DNA from: a bacterium
Lineage (GTDB): Bacteria > Patescibacteriota > Minisyncoccia > UBA6257 > JAGOQP01
Length of the DNA stretch: 56,359 nt
Assembly: GCA_021812345.1 (NCBI GenBank)
Contig: JAKANP010000005.1
Location: 1-56,359, forward strand
Direction of reading: 5' to 3'
The position numbers and the translations under genes are program-made. The notes under the pieces are model-generated. The model searched no databases. It was not told the DNA's origin and worked only from the letters and a program-made list of their open reading frames with translations. The number at the start of each line of letters is the position of its first letter. Within the stretch, counting starts at the first letter, position 1. Shown in pieces: positions 28,428 to 39,062 of this stretch.

Positions 28428-29870
28428 ATGTCATACAAACCAACCATCGGACTGGAAATTCATTCGGAATTACTGACGCGAACAAAAATGTTTTGTGATT
28501 GTGATAATGACCCATCCGAAATAAAACCGAATATAAATGTTTGTCCTATTTGCTTGGGGCATCCCGGGACATTGCCTAAAATTAATAAAGAAGCGGTTGA
28601 TTTGGTTATTAAAACCGGATTGGCTCTAAATTGCACAATAAACAAATTCTCAAAATTTGACAGAAAAAATTATTTTTATCCGGATTTGCCCAAAGCTTAT
28701 CAGATAAGCCAGTATGATAAGCCGATTTGTCTTAATGGATATCTAACTCTTCCTTCAAGCGGTAAAAAAATAAGAATTACAAGAATCCATTTGGAAGAAG
28801 ATACCGGACGACTTGCTCATTCGGCCGATGGGAATCATAGTTTGGTTGATTTTAATCGCGCCGGAGTGCCATTGATGGAATTAGTTACCGAACCCGATAT
28901 TGCCAATGCCGACGAAGCTGTTGAATTTGCCAGAGAATTTCAACTGATTTTAAGATATCTGGAAGTTTCGGATGCCGATATGGAAAAAGGTCATATGAGA
29001 GTAGAGGTTAATATTTCTATTGCCAAAGAAGGGGAGCCTCTTGGAACAAAAGTGGAAATAAAAAACTTAAATTCTTTTAGAGCAGTTTTTGGTTCGATTG
29101 AATGCGAAGTTCAAAGACAGGAAGAGGAGTTGGAAAACGGAAAAAAAATTCCTCAGGAAACAAGAGGATGGGACGACATAAAACAAAAAACCATTTCCCA
29201 GAGATTAAAAGAGGAAGCTCATGATTACAGATATTTTCCGGAACCCGATTTGCCGCCAATGATTTTCAGCGACGAATACATAAATAAAATTAAAAATTCA
29301 ATTTCCGAACTTCCGGAACAAAAAAGAATCAGATTTTCTTCGGATTATAATTTATCGAATATTCAAATAGAATTGTTAATTTCCGATAAAAATTTTTCCG
29401 ATTTTTTTGAAAAATCGGTTTCCGAATTAAGAGAATTGGATATTAACGGCAATCCCGAAATTATTTATAACTATCTGACCTCGGACGTAAAGGGAATAGA
29501 ATCGGATAAAAAAATAAATTTAAATCAGTCAAAGCTTGAGCCTAAGTATCTGGCGCAAGTGATTTATTTATTATCATCGGATAAAATATCAAGCAGAGTG
29601 GCAAAAGATGTTTTGGCAAAATCATTTGATACCGGAAAAAGTCCTGAGGATATAATTAAAGACGAGGGTCTTTTGCAGGTTTCAAGCGAAAATGAGCTTG
29701 AAACGGCCGTTAATGAGGTTATTGAAAAAAATGAAAAAGTGTGTTATGATTATAAAAATGGAAAAGATAACGCTTTGCAATTTCTTGTCGGCCAAATAAT
29801 GGCAAAAACAAAAGGCAAAGCCAATCCAAAAGTCGTCAGAGAATTATTAATAAAATTAATTAATAAATAA
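28428..29870 (+). CDS. gatB: Asp/Glu-tRNA amidotransferase subunit B
   Basis: IGLEIH, RKNYFYPDLPK, NRAGVPLME, YRYFPEPDL. Confidence 0.97.
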   Translation: MSYKPTIGLEIHSELLTRTKMFCDCDNDPSEIKPNINVCPICLGHPGTLPKINKEAVDLVIKTGLALNCTINKFSKFDRKNYFYPDLPKAYQISQYDKPICLNGYLTLPSSGKKIRITRIHLEEDTGRLAHSADGNHSLVDFNRAGVPLMELVTEPDIANADEAVEFAREFQLILRYLEVSDADMEKGHMRVEVNISIAKEGEPLGTKVEIKNLNSFRAVFGSIECEVQRQEEELENGKKIPQETRGWDDIKQKTISQRLKEEAHDYRYFPEPDLPPMIFSDEYINKIKNSISELPEQKRIRFSSDYNLSNIQIELLISDKNFSDFFEKSVSELRELDINGNPEIIYNYLTSDVKGIESDKKINLNQSKLEPKYLAQVIYLLSSDKISSRVAKDVLAKSFDTGKSPEDIIKDEGLLQVSSENELETAVNEVIEKNEKVCYDYKNGKDNALQFLVGQIMAKTKGKANPKVVRELLIKLINK

Positions 29871-29871
29871 T

Positions 29872-30300
29872 ATGGGCGAAATTAACGAAAATAAGCTAAC
29901 AAGCTACGCGAGGGCGATGTATGGAATAAGCGGAGACATAGCCAATACTATTTTTGTTCAAAGAGAACAATCCAAGGATCTTAATTTTAAATCTTTTATC
30001 AGTTCATTGGCTGATGCTCTTGGATATAAGCCGAGTATCACTTCCTTTAATGAAAAAGATTTAATTAGGGCTGATTTTATTAAAGGGTTGAAAGAATTGC
30101 CTGAAGCGGTAAGAAATAATTTATCCATGATTATAATAAGGACTAAAAGTAATCGCGCTCAAATAAAAGGTTTTCAAGAGGCGATTAATGCTTTGACCGA
30201 TGCGGTAACGGAAAGATTAGCTGTCGAAGGCGCTCAAGATGCGTCGTTGGTTGCGCCATTGTTAGCTGAGATGGGGGACGACAATGTTGAAAATAATTAA
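29872..30300 (+). CDS. Hypothetical protein
   Basis: 142-aa ORF tightly coupled to gatB. Confidence 0.7.
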   Translation: MGEINENKLTSYARAMYGISGDIANTIFVQREQSKDLNFKSFISSLADALGYKPSITSFNEKDLIRADFIKGLKELPEAVRNNLSMIIIRTKSNRAQIKGFQEAINALTDAVTERLAVEGAQDASLVAPLLAEMGDDNVENN

Positions 30301-30315
30301 ATTATAATTAATAAA

Positions 30316-30768
30316 ATGAATGACCCAAAACAAAACGATATGAAAGAATCAATGCCAAACTATAATCCAAACGAGATGATTTACAATGATTTTACCAACT
30401 GGCTTGAAACCTTATTAAACGCAAGTTCGGGAGATAACAAGGGGCTGATTATTGAAGCCAGAGGAAGCGATTTTGACCCAAATTCTTTGGAAAATCAGAG
30501 AATAGCTTCTCAATGGGCGGATTCTTTGTTGGCAATAGCCAAATCAAGAAATGCGGCAACGGTTTTTTGGTATAGAGACTTTTTAAAACTTTTTTTGAAT
30601 TGGTTTAGGCCCAACTTGGAAAGATATAATTTTGGTTCCGGAATGGATGAAAATGCCATAAGAAACAGAATCGGCGCAGTTATAAAAAACATTTACAATC
30701 AACTGGTGACCAAGATGGCGAAAGATTTAAATGTTTCTTCCGAATCAATTTCCGTTATCCAAAATTAA
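30316..30768 (+). CDS. Hypothetical protein
   Basis: 150-aa ORF in the same run. Confidence 0.7.
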   Translation: MNDPKQNDMKESMPNYNPNEMIYNDFTNWLETLLNASSGDNKGLIIEARGSDFDPNSLENQRIASQWADSLLAIAKSRNAATVFWYRDFLKLFLNWFRPNLERYNFGSGMDENAIRNRIGAVIKNIYNQLVTKMAKDLNVSSESISVIQN

Positions 30769-31697
30769 TTTAAGAACTTATTTGTAAGGTTTAAAATTTC
30801 CTTTTTTGAATTAGTCCAGTTAATTGATGAATTTCTTTTAAACCAAGTCATTTGACGCTTGGCGTATTTGACACTCTCTGAAATTATGGATTCCTTCATT
30901 TCTTCTTTTGTTATTTTGTTTTCAAGAAATTGAGCGGTAAATTTATATTCCAATCCGAAAGATTCTAACTTTGCCCATGATAGTCCGTATTTTTGATGCA
31001 ATTTTTTTACTTCTTCAACCAATCCGTTTTTTAATCTTTTTTCAAGACGTTTTGAAATTCTTTCTTTTAGTAAAACACTGTTTTTAACCGACAAACCAAG
31101 CCAAAGAGTTTTGAATTTTGATTCTTTTTTTAAATTATCAATCGGTTTTCCCGTTAAAATATTTATTTCAACGGCCCTAATCAGTCGTCTTTTGTTTTTT
31201 GAATCTATGTTTTTGGCTCTTTTGGGGTCTTTGTTTTTTAAAATTTTAAAGAGTTCTTCCGTATCCATTTTCTCAAGTTGTTCTCTTAATTTTAAATTCG
31301 GTTTTACTTTCGGAAATTGAGTTTCATATATTAAAGCATCAATATAAAATCCGGTTCCGCCACATATTATTGGAATCTTTTTTTCTTTAATTATATGTTC
31401 TATGGCTTTTTTGGAAAATTTTTGATATTGAGAAACGGAAAATCTTTTTCTTGGAGAGGCAACATCAAGAAGCCAATGTTTTACTCCGCGCATTTCTTTT
31501 TTGGTTATCTTATTGGCCCCAATATCAAAATTTTTATAAATTTGTCTTGAATCGGCGGATATTATTTCGGCTCCATTAGTGTTGAATTTTTTAAGATTTT
31601 TTTTAATAAAGAGGGCGATATCCACTGCAATATCCGATTTTCCGGAAGCGGTTTGTCCGACGATGGCGATAATCTTTGGTTTTTGTTCTATTGACAT
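30765..31697 (-). CDS. miaA: tRNA dimethylallyltransferase
   Basis: GQTASGKS, IISADSRQIY, GGTGFY, YAKRQMTWF. Confidence 0.95.
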   Translation of the reverse strand: MSIEQKPKIIAIVGQTASGKSDIAVDIALFIKKNLKKFNTNGAEIISADSRQIYKNFDIGANKITKKEMRGVKHWLLDVASPRKRFSVSQYQKFSKKAIEHIIKEKKIPIICGGTGFYIDALIYETQFPKVKPNLKLREQLEKMDTEELFKILKNKDPKRAKNIDSKNKRRLIRAVEINILTGKPIDNLKKESKFKTLWLGLSVKNSVLLKERISKRLEKRLKNGLVEEVKKLHQKYGLSWAKLESFGLEYKFTAQFLENKITKEEMKESIISESVKYAKRQMTWFKRNSSINWTNSKKEILNLTNKFLN

Positions 31698-31744
31698 ATT
31701 TTAAATATAATATATTTTTTATTTAGCTCTCACAAGGAGGAACA

Positions 31745-32065
31745 GTGAAAATAATTACCGCAAGACGCGCAAGACGAATTTCTAAAATTATTGAACGAGC
31801 TTTGAAGGAGAAGTCGAGATTTTCAAAAAATGGTCCGCCTCATAATTACAATTATGTTATAGAAAAAGCCGTAAGAGAAGCTGCTTTTTCCGGACAATAT
31901 CAAGTTGAAATCAATTGGATTAAAATTGATATTGATAAAGAATTTGACTCATCCGTCAAAAAGATGATGCGTCCGTGGACCAGAGCCGGATTTTCCGTTA
32001 GGTGGGATCTGTTTTATGAAGGAAGGGGAGTTTATTCCAAAATTCTTGTTTTGTCCTGGAAATGA
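31745..32065 (+). CDS. Hypothetical protein
   Basis: AAGGAGG SD followed by a GTG start; 106 aa. Confidence 0.65.
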   Translation: MKIITARRARRISKIIERALKEKSRFSKNGPPHNYNYVIEKAVREAAFSGQYQVEINWIKIDIDKEFDSSVKKMMRPWTRAGFSVRWDLFYEGRGVYSKILVLSWK

Positions 32066-32101
32066 AATAACCAAAACATCTTCTTTTTTGAAGATGTTTT
32101 T

Positions 32102-33904
32102 TTATTCTCTATTTTTTATTTCTTTTGATAAATCACGAATCAATTTTTCCAAAGAAGTTTCCCCAATTTGTCCTTTGCGACGGCTTCTGACACTTACCGA
32201 ATTATTTTGTTTTTCTTTGTCGCCGACAATTAAGATGTAAGGAACTTTTTCGATTTCAGCTTGTCTGATTCTTTTTCCCAACGTCTCTTCGGCTTTTGAG
32301 ATTTCCGAACGAATGCCTTCTTTTTTTATTTTATCGTTCACTTCCTTGGCGTATTCCGATTGATTTTCCGAAACTGGAATAATTCTTACTTGTGTTGGAG
32401 AAAGCCATGTTGGAAATTCTCCTCCATAATGTTCAATCAAAAATCCTATTAATCTCTCATGAGTAGAAAGGGGAGCGCGATGAATACAAAGCGGAGTCGC
32501 TTCCTTTCCGTTTTTATCCGTATATTTCAATCCGAATCTTTCCGGAACGGCAAAATCAACCTGGTTTGTTGCTAAAGTAAATTCTTTTCCGATAACGCTC
32601 CAAACTTCAACGTCTATTTTTGGTCCGTAGAAAGCGGCTTCGTCGGCTACTTCTTCAAACGGAATTTTTTCTTTTTTGAGTATATCCCTGACCATCTTTT
32701 CGGTTTTTATCCAAAGTTTTTCGTTATCGATGTATTTTTTCCCCAGTCCTTCTTTACTGTGCGTGCTGAATCTCATTATGTATTTTTGAATATTAAATAT
32801 TTTAAAATATTCAAGATACATTTTTATTACAGCTAAAAATTCTTCGGAGAATTGTTCTTCGGAACAATAAAGATGGGCATCGTTCATTTGCATTGAACGG
32901 ACGCGCATGAGTCCAAAAAGTTCCCCGCTTTTTTCGTAGCGATAACAAGTTCCGTATTCGGCTAAACGAATCGGCAAATCCCGATAACTTCTTGGTTCCG
33001 AAGCATAAATCTGATGATGGTGAGGACAGTTCATTGCTTTAAGATAGTAAACTGTTTTTTGTCCGTTTTCTTCCAATATCATCGGCGGATACATAGAGTC
33101 GGCATAATATGGAAGATGACCCGAAGTTTTATACATTATTTCTTTGGCAATGTGCGGAGTTTTCACTCTTAAATATCCGGCCTCCCATTCTTTTTCTTTG
33201 GCCAGTTTTTCAAGCTCTTCTATCATAATTGCTCCGTTTGGCAACCAAAGCGGCAGTCCCGGTCCGGTATAGTCGTTAAACATAAAGATTTTCAGCTCTT
33301 TCCCTAGTTTTCTGTGATCTCTTTTGACGGCTTCCGCCATTATTTTCAAATATTCGTCCAGTTTTTGTTTTGACTCAAAAGCAACGCCGTAAATTCTGGT
33401 AAGCATTTTATTTTTTTCGCTTCCTTTCCAATAAGCGCCGGCAAGCGATTCCAATTTAAATCCATCGGCGGGAATTTCTTTTGTATTTTTTATATGAGGC
33501 CCCGAGCAAAGATCAAAAAACAAAACTTTTTTATTTTTTTTATCGTTAAGCGATGTTTTATAAATACTCAAAGGGGACTTTTTTTTGTGGAGTTCTTCTA
33601 TTAGTTCCAACTTATAAGGAGCTTTGGCAAACATTTTTTTGGCCTGAGCATAAGTGATTATTTCCTTTTTGAATTCAAGATTTTGTCTTATCAATTCTTT
33701 GATTGTTTTTTCCAGTTCAATTAAATCATTTTCTAAAATCGGTTTTTTAAAATCAAAGTCGTAATAAAATCCGTTTTCTATCACCGGTCCGATCCCAAGT
33801 TTTGTATCCGGCCATTTATTCAAAACGGCTATCGCCAGAAGGTGAGAGAGTGAATGTCTTATTTTATGAAGTTGATCTGATTTTTTATCTGATTCTTTTT
33901 TCAT
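32102..33904 (-). CDS. thrS: Threonine--tRNA ligase (lacks the N-terminal TGS domain)
   Basis: RHSLSH, DLCSGPH, RDHRKLG, MNCPHH, AAFYGPK, IHRA. Confidence 0.96.
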   Translation of the reverse strand: MKKESDKKSDQLHKIRHSLSHLLAIAVLNKWPDTKLGIGPVIENGFYYDFDFKKPILENDLIELEKTIKELIRQNLEFKKEIITYAQAKKMFAKAPYKLELIEELHKKKSPLSIYKTSLNDKKNKKVLFFDLCSGPHIKNTKEIPADGFKLESLAGAYWKGSEKNKMLTRIYGVAFESKQKLDEYLKIMAEAVKRDHRKLGKELKIFMFNDYTGPGLPLWLPNGAIMIEELEKLAKEKEWEAGYLRVKTPHIAKEIMYKTSGHLPYYADSMYPPMILEENGQKTVYYLKAMNCPHHHQIYASEPRSYRDLPIRLAEYGTCYRYEKSGELFGLMRVRSMQMNDAHLYCSEEQFSEEFLAVIKMYLEYFKIFNIQKYIMRFSTHSKEGLGKKYIDNEKLWIKTEKMVRDILKKEKIPFEEVADEAAFYGPKIDVEVWSVIGKEFTLATNQVDFAVPERFGLKYTDKNGKEATPLCIHRAPLSTHERLIGFLIEHYGGEFPTWLSPTQVRIIPVSENQSEYAKEVNDKIKKEGIRSEISKAEETLGKRIRQAEIEKVPYILIVGDKEKQNNSVSVRSRRKGQIGETSLEKLIRDLSKEIKNRE

Positions 33905-33913
33905 ATCTTAAAA

Positions 33914-36900
33914 TTAATTTATTTTAATTGCCTGATCGACGATGATTTTTGATTCGTTGTCTCTTAAGGAAAGTTTTCCCTGAATAATAACTATATTTTG
34001 ATTTTCCCAAATTTCAGATTTTCTATCCAAAACTTCGGAAAAAACAACCACTTCCAAAGTATCGCTTAAATCTTCGATTCTTGCAAACGCCATAATTTTT
34101 TTGTTTTTAGTGGTTATTTTTTTTACTGAAGTGATTATTCCGGCAATTCTGTAAGAGCCGGCAATTCCCGATTTTGCCGACCGGTCAATAATGCTTTTTA
34201 TGGGATTAACTTTTTTTTCTTTGAAAAATTTTTCGTATTTTTTTAAGGGATGTTCCGAAACGTAAAATCCAAGAAGCTCTTTTTCCCAAGCCAATTTTTC
34301 TTCTTCTTTGGCCGGAGCCGATTGATTTAACGATATTTTATATTCCGAAGTTTTGTTTCCAAAAAGTCCGTTTTGTGAAATGGTTGAATGTTTTTTTGCT
34401 TGTTGAGAAAAGCTTAATATTTTTTCAAGATTGGATAAAATAACATTTCTTTCGATTCCCAGTCCGTCAAAAACTCCGGCCTTACTTAAGCTTTCTAAAG
34501 ATTTTTTATTCAAATCTTTATGAGTAACTCTTGCCAGAAAATCGGATATGGAAATAAACGGACCATTTTTTTGCCTTTCTGCAATTATGGCGCTAACTAT
34601 ATTGGAGCCGACATTTTTAATTGCCGAAAGTCCAAATCGTATGTGGTTGCCTTCGGGTGAAAATTTTGCATAGCTTTGATTAATATCCGGCGGTAAAACC
34701 ATAATGCCCATTTTTTTTGATTCCGAAACCAAAAAAGAAATTCTGTCCACATCTCCGGAATCGTTATTAAGCAGGGAAGTGGTAAGCTCAATGGGAAAGT
34801 GTGTTTTTAGATAAGCTGTTTGATAAGCAATTATGGCATAACAGGCGGCATGACTTCTGTTAAATCCGTATCGGGAAAATGGTGGAAACATTTCCCAAAT
34901 CGCTTCGGCTGTTTTTTTATCTATTCCTTTTGCGGCCATTCCGGACATTATTTTTTCCTGTTGCTTGTCTAAAAGTTCTTTGATTTTTTTTCCGATTGCT
35001 TTTCTTAATATATCCGCCTCGCTTAGCGTAAATCCTCCCAAGTCGCGGGCAATCTGCATCATTTGTTCCTGATAAATTCCTATTCCATGAGTATTTTTTA
35101 ATATTGGTTCAAGAAGGGGATGTAAATATGTTTCCTTTTCCTTTCCTTGTTTTCTGGCAATGTATTGAGGAATAAGATCCATCGGCCCCGGTCGATATAA
35201 AGCAACCATAGCAATAATATCCTCCAATTCGGTCGGTTTTAATTCTTTCAAATAGCGTCTCATTCCACTTGATTCAAATTGAAAAACTCCGGTTGTATTA
35301 GCCGATTGGATAAGAGAAAAAGTTTTTTTATCGTCCAAAGGTATTTTTCCGATGTCGATTTCAACCTCTTGAGTGTCTTTTATCAACCTGATTGTTTCTT
35401 CAATAATGGTCAGATTTTTTAATCCGAGCAAATCCATTTTTAGAAGACCCAAAGAATTAACCGCCCCCATCTCAAATTGAGTGATGATAGTGTTTGGATC
35501 TTGAGGAGCATATTGCAATGGCATGTATTCTGTAAGAGGTTTTGCGCCGATAACCGTTCCGCAAGCGTGCACGGAAGCGTGTCTGGCAACTCCTTCAAGA
35601 TGCATGGCTGTGTCTATCAATCGTCGGACTTCCGGATTGCTGTCATATTGGCTCTTTAATTCCGGAACCTGTTCAAGAGCGTCTTTTAAATCGGCGTTAA
35701 ACGGAATCATTTTTGAAATTTCATCACAGAATCCGTAAGAAAAACCAAGAGCTCTTCCGGAATCGCGTATGGCGGCTCTTGAAGCCATTGTCCCGAAGGT
35801 TATGATGTGAGCAACGCTATTTTCTCCATATTTTTCTCTAAGATATCCCATAACTTCATCGCGTCTGATATCGGTGAAATCTATATCTATATCAGGCATT
35901 TCTATTCTTTCCGGGTTTAAAAATCTCTCAAAGAGAAGATTATATTTTATAGGGTCGACTTCGGTGATTTTTAATATATAAGAAATAATGCTTCCGGCAG
36001 CCGAACCTCTTCCGGGTCCAACAACTATCTTTCTTTCTTTTGCCCAATTGACAAAATCTTGAACTATCAAAAAATAATCGGCAAACCCGGTTTTTTTTAT
36101 GACATCAAGTTCGTATTTTAAACGATCTTTTATTTCATCGGTCATTTCCGGATATCTTTGAGAAATTCTTTGATTGACCAATTTTTCCAAGAAAGAAAAA
36201 GCCGTTTCGTTTTCCGGAACGTTAAATTTTGGAATAAGAGTTTGTCCCAGTGATATTTCAACATTGCATTTTTCGGCGATTTTTCCGGTATTTTCTATGG
36301 CTTCGGGAGTATTTTGAAATATTTTTTCCATTTCTTCTTTGGGGCGCAAATAAAACTCTCCCGCTTTTAAAGTAAATCTGTCGTCGTCGGTAATTTTGTT
36401 TCCTGTCTGTACCGCCAACAAGACATCATGATAAAAGGCGTCTTCTTTTTTTATATAATGAGTATCTTGTGTGGCGACTAACGGAATATTTTTTTCTTTT
36501 GCCAAATCAATCAAATAAGGGAGAGCTTTGTGGACTTCTTTTATTTTCGGTTGATGCCAAATTTCAATATAAAAATCTTCTCCAAAAATATCTTTATATT
36601 CATCGGCTGTTTTATAAGCTTCATCGATCTGGTTTTTTAATATCATTTTGGGAATTTCTCCCGAAGGACATCCGGACAAGACAATTAATCCTTCTTTGTG
36701 TTCTTTTAAAAGTTCCTTGTCTATTCTCGGCTTGTAATAAAAACCTTCAAGGTTGGCTTTGGTTACCAATTGAATCAAATTTTTCCAGCCGGCATTGTTT
36801 TTTGCCAAAAGAGTTATGTGAAAATATCTGTCGGCATCGTTTGAGTTTTTTATAAATCTGCTTTTGGGAGCAAGATACGCCTCAACTCCCATAATCGGTT

Positions 36901-37081
36901 TTATTCCCTGTTTTTTGGCTTCTTTGTAAAACTCTATTGCCCCGTAAAGATTTCCGTGGTCTGTAAGCGCTATTGCATTCATCCCCATTTTTTTTGTTTG
37001 GGCGACAAGTTCGTCGATTTTTGCGAGACCATCCAATAAAGAATAATGACTGTGATTGTGAAGATGAACGAAGTCGGACAT
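33914..37081 (-). CDS. dnaE: DNA polymerase III alpha subunit
   Basis: PHP HSHYSLLDG, GRGSAAGS, PDIDID, YGFNRSH, C-terminal OB fold. Confidence 0.97.
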   Translation of the reverse strand: MSDFVHLHNHSHYSLLDGLAKIDELVAQTKKMGMNAIALTDHGNLYGAIEFYKEAKKQGIKPIMGVEAYLAPKSRFIKNSNDADRYFHITLLAKNNAGWKNLIQLVTKANLEGFYYKPRIDKELLKEHKEGLIVLSGCPSGEIPKMILKNQIDEAYKTADEYKDIFGEDFYIEIWHQPKIKEVHKALPYLIDLAKEKNIPLVATQDTHYIKKEDAFYHDVLLAVQTGNKITDDDRFTLKAGEFYLRPKEEMEKIFQNTPEAIENTGKIAEKCNVEISLGQTLIPKFNVPENETAFSFLEKLVNQRISQRYPEMTDEIKDRLKYELDVIKKTGFADYFLIVQDFVNWAKERKIVVGPGRGSAAGSIISYILKITEVDPIKYNLLFERFLNPERIEMPDIDIDFTDIRRDEVMGYLREKYGENSVAHIITFGTMASRAAIRDSGRALGFSYGFCDEISKMIPFNADLKDALEQVPELKSQYDSNPEVRRLIDTAMHLEGVARHASVHACGTVIGAKPLTEYMPLQYAPQDPNTIITQFEMGAVNSLGLLKMDLLGLKNLTIIEETIRLIKDTQEVEIDIGKIPLDDKKTFSLIQSANTTGVFQFESSGMRRYLKELKPTELEDIIAMVALYRPGPMDLIPQYIARKQGKEKETYLHPLLEPILKNTHGIGIYQEQMMQIARDLGGFTLSEADILRKAIGKKIKELLDKQQEKIMSGMAAKGIDKKTAEAIWEMFPPFSRYGFNRSHAACYAIIAYQTAYLKTHFPIELTTSLLNNDSGDVDRISFLVSESKKMGIMVLPPDINQSYAKFSPEGNHIRFGLSAIKNVGSNIVSAIIAERQKNGPFISISDFLARVTHKDLNKKSLESLSKAGVFDGLGIERNVILSNLEKILSFSQQAKKHSTISQNGLFGNKTSEYKISLNQSAPAKEEEKLAWEKELLGFYVSEHPLKKYEKFFKEKKVNPIKSIIDRSAKSGIAGSYRIAGIITSVKKITTKNKKIMAFARIEDLSDTLEVVVFSEVLDRKSEIWENQNIVIIQGKLSLRDNESKIIVDQAIKIN

Positions 37082-37213
37082 GTTTTAAAAAACGTTAAAT
37101 TATTTTTTTGATTTTAAAAATTTATTTCATTATAGACGAAACTTTTTCAATGGCAACTGGACTCGAATTAATAAAAGTGATTTACTATAACCAGCTTTCA
37201 AAAAGGAGGTTTT

Positions 37214-37534
37214 ATGGAAGAAAAAGACCGTCAGTATTTGTTTAATCTCGCCAAAGAATATCTGGAAAAAGCAATTTATATTGATTTGAAACTCAGAATC
37301 ATTGATGGGAAGACCATTGCGGGCGCTCATGCCAAATTGATAAAAATTGCAAGAAGTTATTTTCTTCAAGAGGCGATAAGAATGGGTTTGGTGAATTCGT
37401 ATTCCGATAAAAATATTTTAGACATTTTTTATTTGGCGGTTGATGATTATATTTTTAACAAGATAGCGGATGCTGTTGCTCAAATTGAAAATCAGCCCGT
37501 GGAGCCTCCGATGAAAATGATTTTTGAAAAATAG
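37214..37534 (+). CDS. Hypothetical protein
   Basis: AAGGAGG SD, 106 aa, followed by a terminator hairpin at about 37541-37570. Confidence 0.7.
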   Translation: MEEKDRQYLFNLAKEYLEKAIYIDLKLRIIDGKTIAGAHAKLIKIARSYFLQEAIRMGLVNSYSDKNILDIFYLAVDDYIFNKIADAVAQIENQPVEPPMKMIFEK

Positions 37535-37599
37535 TTTTTTAACTCTCCTTATCTTTTGGAGAGTTTTTTATTTTTTTAAATAACGGGTACAATTTATTT

Positions 37600-38289
37600 A
37601 TGAAAGAAAATATGATTATCGGAGTTGATGAAGTGGGGAGAGGGCCTCTTGCGGGCAGGGTTTTTGTCGGAGCGGTTTTGTTGTCGGTTGCTCAAAATAA
37701 TTCGTTAAAAAAATATTTTAGACTTAAGAGTAAAAAATCATCTTCATACAAAATACCTTGCCTACCGGCAGGCAGGCAAAATACAAAATACAAAATACTA
37801 ACCAGACTTTCTGATTCAAAAAAACTTTCTTCAAAACAAAGAATTATTTGGTTTGATTGGATTAAAAAAAATAACATTTCTTTTGCCGTTGCCGCGTCGT
37901 CATCTTTCGTTGTTGATAAAATAAATATCTCCAATGCCTGTAATCTTGCCGCTCAAAAAGCTGTAAAAAAAATAATCAAAAAAAATAAATTAAAAAGAAT
38001 TTCTGTTGTTGCCGATGCCGGAATAAAAATCAACAACATTTCACAGATAAAATCATTTAAAAGTTTTCCCAAAGCGGACGAAAAAGTTCCTGCGGTTTCC
38101 TTGGCGTCAATTGTTGCCAAAATTTTAAGGGATAAAGAAATGGAAAAAATGCACAAAAAATATCCAAAATACGGCTTTGACAGGCATAAGGGCTACGGGA
38201 CAAAAGACCATATTAAAGCGATAAAGAAATACGGTTCCAGCCCAATTCACAGATTGACATTCATTAGCGAGTATCATAATATTAAATAA
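37600..38289 (+). CDS. rnhB: Ribonuclease HII with an in-frame repeat-derived insertion
   Basis: GVDEVGRGPLAG, DSKKL, KAD...ASIVAK, HKGYGT, IHR. Confidence 0.95.
   Translation: MKENMIIGVDEVGRGPLAGRVFVGAVLLSVAQNNSLKKYFRLKSKKSSSYKIPCLPAGRQNTKYKILTRLSDSKKLSSKQRIIWFDWIKKNNISFAVAASSSFVVDKINISNACNLAAQKAVKKIIKKNKLKRISVVADAGIKINNISQIKSFKSFPKADEKVPAVSLASIVAKILRDKEMEKMHKKYPKYGFDRHKGYGTKDHIKAIKKYGSSPIHRLTFISEYHNIK
37756..37776. repeat. REP-like palindrome inside rnhB
   Basis: CCTTGCCTACCGGCAGGCAGG flanked by CAAAATA heptamers. Confidence 0.75.
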
Positions 38290-38406
38290 GGAATCAAAAA
38301 TTAAATGTCAAAATGATAATGTGAAATACAAAAAAGATGAACAGCTCTTTTTATATTTTGGATTTTCATTTTGCTTTTTGATTTTTTATATTTAATTTAT
38401 TAAACC

Positions 38407-38574
38407 ATGGGCGGAGTACCTACAAAACATCACACTCGTTCCAAAACAGGCAGAAGGCGCTCTCATCACGCTTTGAAGCCTCAGAATATATCCGTTTGTC
38501 CGGAATGCAAGCATCCTATGATATCCCATAGAACTTGTCCCAATTGCGGATACAGACCGAACAAAAAGGCCTAA
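38407..38574 (+). CDS. rpmF: 50S ribosomal protein L32 (not in the ORF track)
   Basis: MGGVPTKHHTRSKTGRRRSH...CPEC...HRTCPNCGY, 55 aa. Confidence 0.93.
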   Translation: MGGVPTKHHTRSKTGRRRSHHALKPQNISVCPECKHPMISHRTCPNCGYRPNKKA

Positions 38575-38609
38575 AAGACCTTTGTTTTAGTGTTTATTTT
38601 TTATAAATT

Positions 38610-39059
38610 ATGGCTACCAGACATTTGGCTCGTTCCATAGTTCTGCAATCTCTTTATGAGTGGGATTTTTCCGGCAGAAAAAAAAATTTAGTCGAGGTTG
38701 TTCAAAGAAATATGGACGAATTCGGACCGGGAATTAACGAGCCGGAATTTGTTTGGAAAATGGTTAAGGGTGTGGTGGATCATATAAATGAAATAGATCA
38801 AATAATTTCAAAATCGGCCATTGAATGGCCATTTGAACAAATTGCCATTGTTGACAGGAACGTTTTAAGAATCGGCGTTTATGAGCTTTTATATGTTGAC
38901 CATAATGAAGTTCCTTACAAGGTGGCTATAAATGAAGCGATAGAACTAGGAAAAAATTACGGAGGAATTAATTCTGGAAAATTTATAAACGGAGTTTTGG
39001 GAACGGTTTATAAACAATTGGAACAAGTTGAAAGCGCTCAAATCGATTTGAAACAATAA
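38610..39059 (+). CDS. nusB: Antitermination factor NusB
   Basis: RHLAR...[31 protein letters not shown]. Confidence 0.95.
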   Translation: MATRHLARSIVLQSLYEWDFSGRKKNLVEVVQRNMDEFGPGINEPEFVWKMVKGVVDHINEIDQIISKSAIEWPFEQIAIVDRNVLRIGVYELLYVDHNEVPYKVAINEAIELGKNYGGINSGKFINGVLGTVYKQLEQVESAQIDLKQ

Positions 39060-39062
39060 AAC

